A stretch of DNA of 18,617 nt from Armatimonadota bacterium (GTDB lineage: Bacteria > Armatimonadota > Zipacnadia > Zipacnadales > UBA5352). A program made the translations under genes and the position numbers. The notes beneath the pieces are model-generated. The model was not told the DNA's origin. It was given only the letters and a program-made list of their open reading frames with translations, and made no database searches. The DNA is taken from contig JAYENL010000304.1 of assembly GCA_034722055.1 (NCBI GenBank), forward strand, positions 1 to 18,617, in the 5' to 3' direction. Position 1 is the stretch's first letter. The number at the start of each line of letters is the position of its first letter. This document shows, in pieces, positions 16,212 to 18,617 of the stretch.

Positions 16212-18263
16212 ATGCTGTCCGGCACTGAGATCGCCATGCTGACGCTGCTGGGCGTAGCAGCCTGCGCATCCGGCCGGACGCAGGCCGGCTGGCCGTGGCC
16301 CGATGATCGGTGGGAGCGCGCCGAGCCGGCCGAGTTGGGCATGGATTCCGCGCTCCTGAAGCGCGCTCGCGACTACGCCCTCACCGGCGAGGGCTCCGGC
16401 TGCGTCATTCGCGGCGGGCGGCAGGTCATGGCATGGGGCGACCAGGCGCAACGCTATGACCTCAAGTCCACCACCAAGTCGATCGGCGTCATGGCTCTCG
16501 GCCTGGCCATCTCCGATGGTCTGATGGAGCTTGACGACCGCGCCCGCGACCACCATCCGACCTTCGGCGATCAGCCGGACGGGAATCGCCAGGACTGGAC
16601 CGAGGCCATCACCCTCCGCCATCTTGCCACGCACACCGCCGGCTTCGAGAAGCCGGGTGGCTACTCACCGCTGGTCTTCGAGCCGGGGACCCAGTGGGCC
16701 TACAGCGACTGCGGGCCGAACTGGCTGGCGGAGTGTGTCACGCTGGCCTACGGACGCGACCTCGATGAGCTCATGTTCGAGCGCGTCTTCGGGCCGTTGG
16801 GCATCACGCGAGATGACCTGCGCTGGCGCGACAACGCCTATCGGCCGCACGAGATCCGGGGCGTCGCGCGGCGGGAGTTCGGCTCCGGCATCCACGCCAC
16901 CGTCCAGGCCATGGCGCGCATCGGCTACCTGCATCTGCGCGGCGGCCGCTGGCGGGGCCACCAGATCATCCCTTCCGGCTTCGTGGACCTGGCCCGGACG
17001 GTCGATCCCGCGCTCCCCGCCCTGCAGGTCCGCAACGCAGACCGCTACGGACGCGCCTCAGACCACTACGGGCTGCTGTGGTGGAACAACGCGGACGGGG
17101 CGCTTGGCGGCGTGCCGCGGGACGCCTACTGGTCCTGGGGCCTGCACGACAGCCTCATCGTGGTCATCCCCAGCCTCGATCTGGTGATCGCGCGGGCCGG
17201 CTCGGACTGGGCGCGCGAGTGGAGCGGCCACTACGACGTGCTGCGCCCGTTCCTGGAGCCCATCGTCGCCTCGGTCCGGAGTGCCGCCCCCCATCCGGCC
17301 GCCCCGTATCCGCCCAGCGAGACGATCGTTGGTCTCGGCTGGGCGCCCCAGCAGCGGATCGTTCGACGCGGTCGGGGCAGCGACAACTGGCCGATCACGT
17401 GGGGCGACGATGACGCCCTCTACACCGCCTACGGGGACGGCTGGGGCTTCCAGCCGAAGGTGCCGGAGAAGCTCAGCCTCGGGCTGGGGCGCGCGACGGG
17501 CAGCCCGGACGATCCTCAGGGAGAGAACATCCGCTCCGAGAGCGCCGAGCAACACGGCGATGGACGCTCCGGCCGCAAGGCCTCCGGGATGCTGATGGTC
17601 GATGGCCGGCTGTACATGCTGGTGCGCAATGCAGGCAACTCGCAGCTCGCGTGGTCCGACGATCACGGCGCCACGTGGACGTGGGCCGACTGGCGCCTGC
17701 AGACCAGCTTCGGCTGCCCCACGTTCCTGAACTTCGGGCCCGACTATGCCGGCGCCCGCGATGGCTTCGTCTACGTCTACTCATTCGACAGCGACAGCGC
17801 CTACCAGCCTGCCGATCGCATGGTCCTGGCTCGCGCGCCCAAGGGCCGGCTGCCCCAGCGCGCGGCCTGGGAGCTGTTCGCCGGCATCGAGAATGGCAAG
17901 CCGCGCTGGAGCGCCGACATCGGCGAGCGCGCGGCGGTGTTCGAGCACTCCGGGCGCTGCTATCGCTCGGGTATCACCTGGTGCGCGCCCCTGCGCCGCT
18001 ACCTGTGGTGGCAGGTGCTTCCGGGCGATGATGTGCGCTTCGAGGGCGGCTTCGCCGTCTACGAGGCCCCCGAGCCGTGGGGACCGTGGCGCACCGTACA
18101 CTTCACGGAGCGCTGGGACGTTGGGCCGGGCGAGAGCGCGCGATTCCCCACCAAGTGGATGAGCGAGGACGGGCGCGTTCTGCACCTGGTCTTCTCGGGC
18201 GATGACTGCTTCTCGGTGCGGCCAGCCGAGCTGTGGCTCGCCCGCGACGGGCAGGAGAGCTGA
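16212..18263 (+). CDS. serine hydrolase (beta-lactamase/PBP-like fold, family VIII esterase type) fused to a C-terminal DUF4185-like beta-propeller; exported, possibly a lipoprotein; 683 aa
   Basis: SD GGAGGT (16198-16203) and ATG 16212. SxxK 'STTK' (16467-16478), 'ITLRHLATHTAG', 'PGTQWAYSD' and 'YGLLWW'. Pro/Ala linker, then 'GSDNWPITWGDDDALYTAYGDGWGF' and an Asp-box-like 'SDDHGATW'. Lipobox-like VAAC at Cys18. Confidence 0.85.
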   Translation: MLSGTEIAMLTLLGVAACASGRTQAGWPWPDDRWERAEPAELGMDSALLKRARDYALTGEGSGCVIRGGRQVMAWGDQAQRYDLKSTTKSIGVMALGLAISDGLMELDDRARDHHPTFGDQPDGNRQDWTEAITLRHLATHTAGFEKPGGYSPLVFEPGTQWAYSDCGPNWLAECVTLAYGRDLDELMFERVFGPLGITRDDLRWRDNAYRPHEIRGVARREFGSGIHATVQAMARIGYLHLRGGRWRGHQIIPSGFVDLARTVDPALPALQVRNADRYGRASDHYGLLWWNNADGALGGVPRDAYWSWGLHDSLIVVIPSLDLVIARAGSDWAREWSGHYDVLRPFLEPIVASVRSAAPHPAAPYPPSETIVGLGWAPQQRIVRRGRGSDNWPITWGDDDALYTAYGDGWGFQPKVPEKLSLGLGRATGSPDDPQGENIRSESAEQHGDGRSGRKASGMLMVDGRLYMLVRNAGNSQLAWSDDHGATWTWADWRLQTSFGCPTFLNFGPDYAGARDGFVYVYSFDSDSAYQPADRMVLARAPKGRLPQRAAWELFAGIENGKPRWSADIGERAAVFEHSGRCYRSGITWCAPLRRYLWWQVLPGDDVRFEGGFAVYEAPEPWGPWRTVHFTERWDVGPGESARFPTKWMSEDGRVLHLVFSGDDCFSVRPAELWLARDGQES

Positions 18264-18389
18264 TGGTGGCCGACGGGGCACGCTGGAGCCGGTCATGCAG
18301 GTCGATCTGGGGTCGGCGATCGGGCAATGTCGCGCCTGCACCTATTCCAATGCCACCACGGGGCCGGGTTGCGCGCGTGCTCCGGCCAT

Positions 18390-18491
18390 CGGAGGGGCCG
18401 TCCTGAGGGCGGCTGCGGAGCAGGCGCACGAAGGCCCGGTCATCTGTCATTGTGCGCGGGCCGGCTTCGCTGCGCTCAGGCGGCCCCTCCG
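18390..18491. repeat. ~100-nt imperfect inverted repeat (MITE/REPIN-like element or structured RNA) downstream of the operon
   Basis: Outer stem cggaggggccg(t)cctgag / ctcaggcggcccctccg (17 bp, one bulge). Inner stem gcgcacga / ttgtgcgc. Confidence 0.65.
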
Positions 18492-18602
18492 TGCCGTCCG
18501 GCCGTTCGTGAGAGGCCGGCAGCCACAAAGCGCCCGCGATTGCGCCAGGTTGCTCGATACGGCGTCGCGGCAGAGGTGACGGAAGACGGGCTGAAGGTCT
18601 CT

Positions 18603-18617
18603 ATGCCGACCTTCGAG
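18603..18617 (+). CDS. possible start of the next gene (MPTFE...), truncated by the window edge
   Basis: GAAGG (18593-18597) lies 5 nt before ATG 18603. Only 5 codons are visible. Confidence 0.25.

Noticed and set aside
16212..17280. AmpC-type beta-lactam resistance gene
   Set aside because: It has SxxK but lacks the class C YxN and KTG motifs (YSD and SWG instead). The fusion and gene context favour an esterase/amidase.
18103..18579. ORFs 18103-18528(-) and 18202-18579(+)
   Set aside because: They are low-complexity Arg/Ala/Pro translations overlapping a real gene end and the palindrome, with no recognisable motifs.

Overview
High-GC bacterial DNA. The pilin-like N-terminus '[59 protein letters not shown]' is typical of Armatimonadota; this taxonomic call is an inference. 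The window looks like a carbohydrate-utilisation locus with no recognisable transporter or regulator. Left to right it holds: (1) a cluster of GTAG/GTGG-type REP hairpins (94-326); (2) a DUF1559/H-X9-DG prepilin-like gene (485-1149) broken by an apparent 2-bp insertion at ~758, followed by a strong intrinsic terminator; (3) a convergent 1505-aa secreted GH42-like multidomain protein (minus strand); (4) a divergent six-gene operon encoding two Gfo/Idh/MocA oxidoreductases, three large secreted and distantly paralogous 'DEP'-motif TIM-barrel proteins, and a serine hydrolase fused to a DUF4185-like domain; (5) a ~100-nt intergenic palindrome. Less obvious signals: the same SigH-like motif AGG(A/T)-N18-GAA sits upstream of all three transcription units; the first oxidoreductase probably starts at a non-canonical GTT codon; a 99-nt REP doublet lies in-frame within the 5' end of a gene; and the GH-like paralogues have an adjacent D-E pair but no obvious clan-A nucleophile. 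All domain calls come from motif recognition by eye; no database searches were run.
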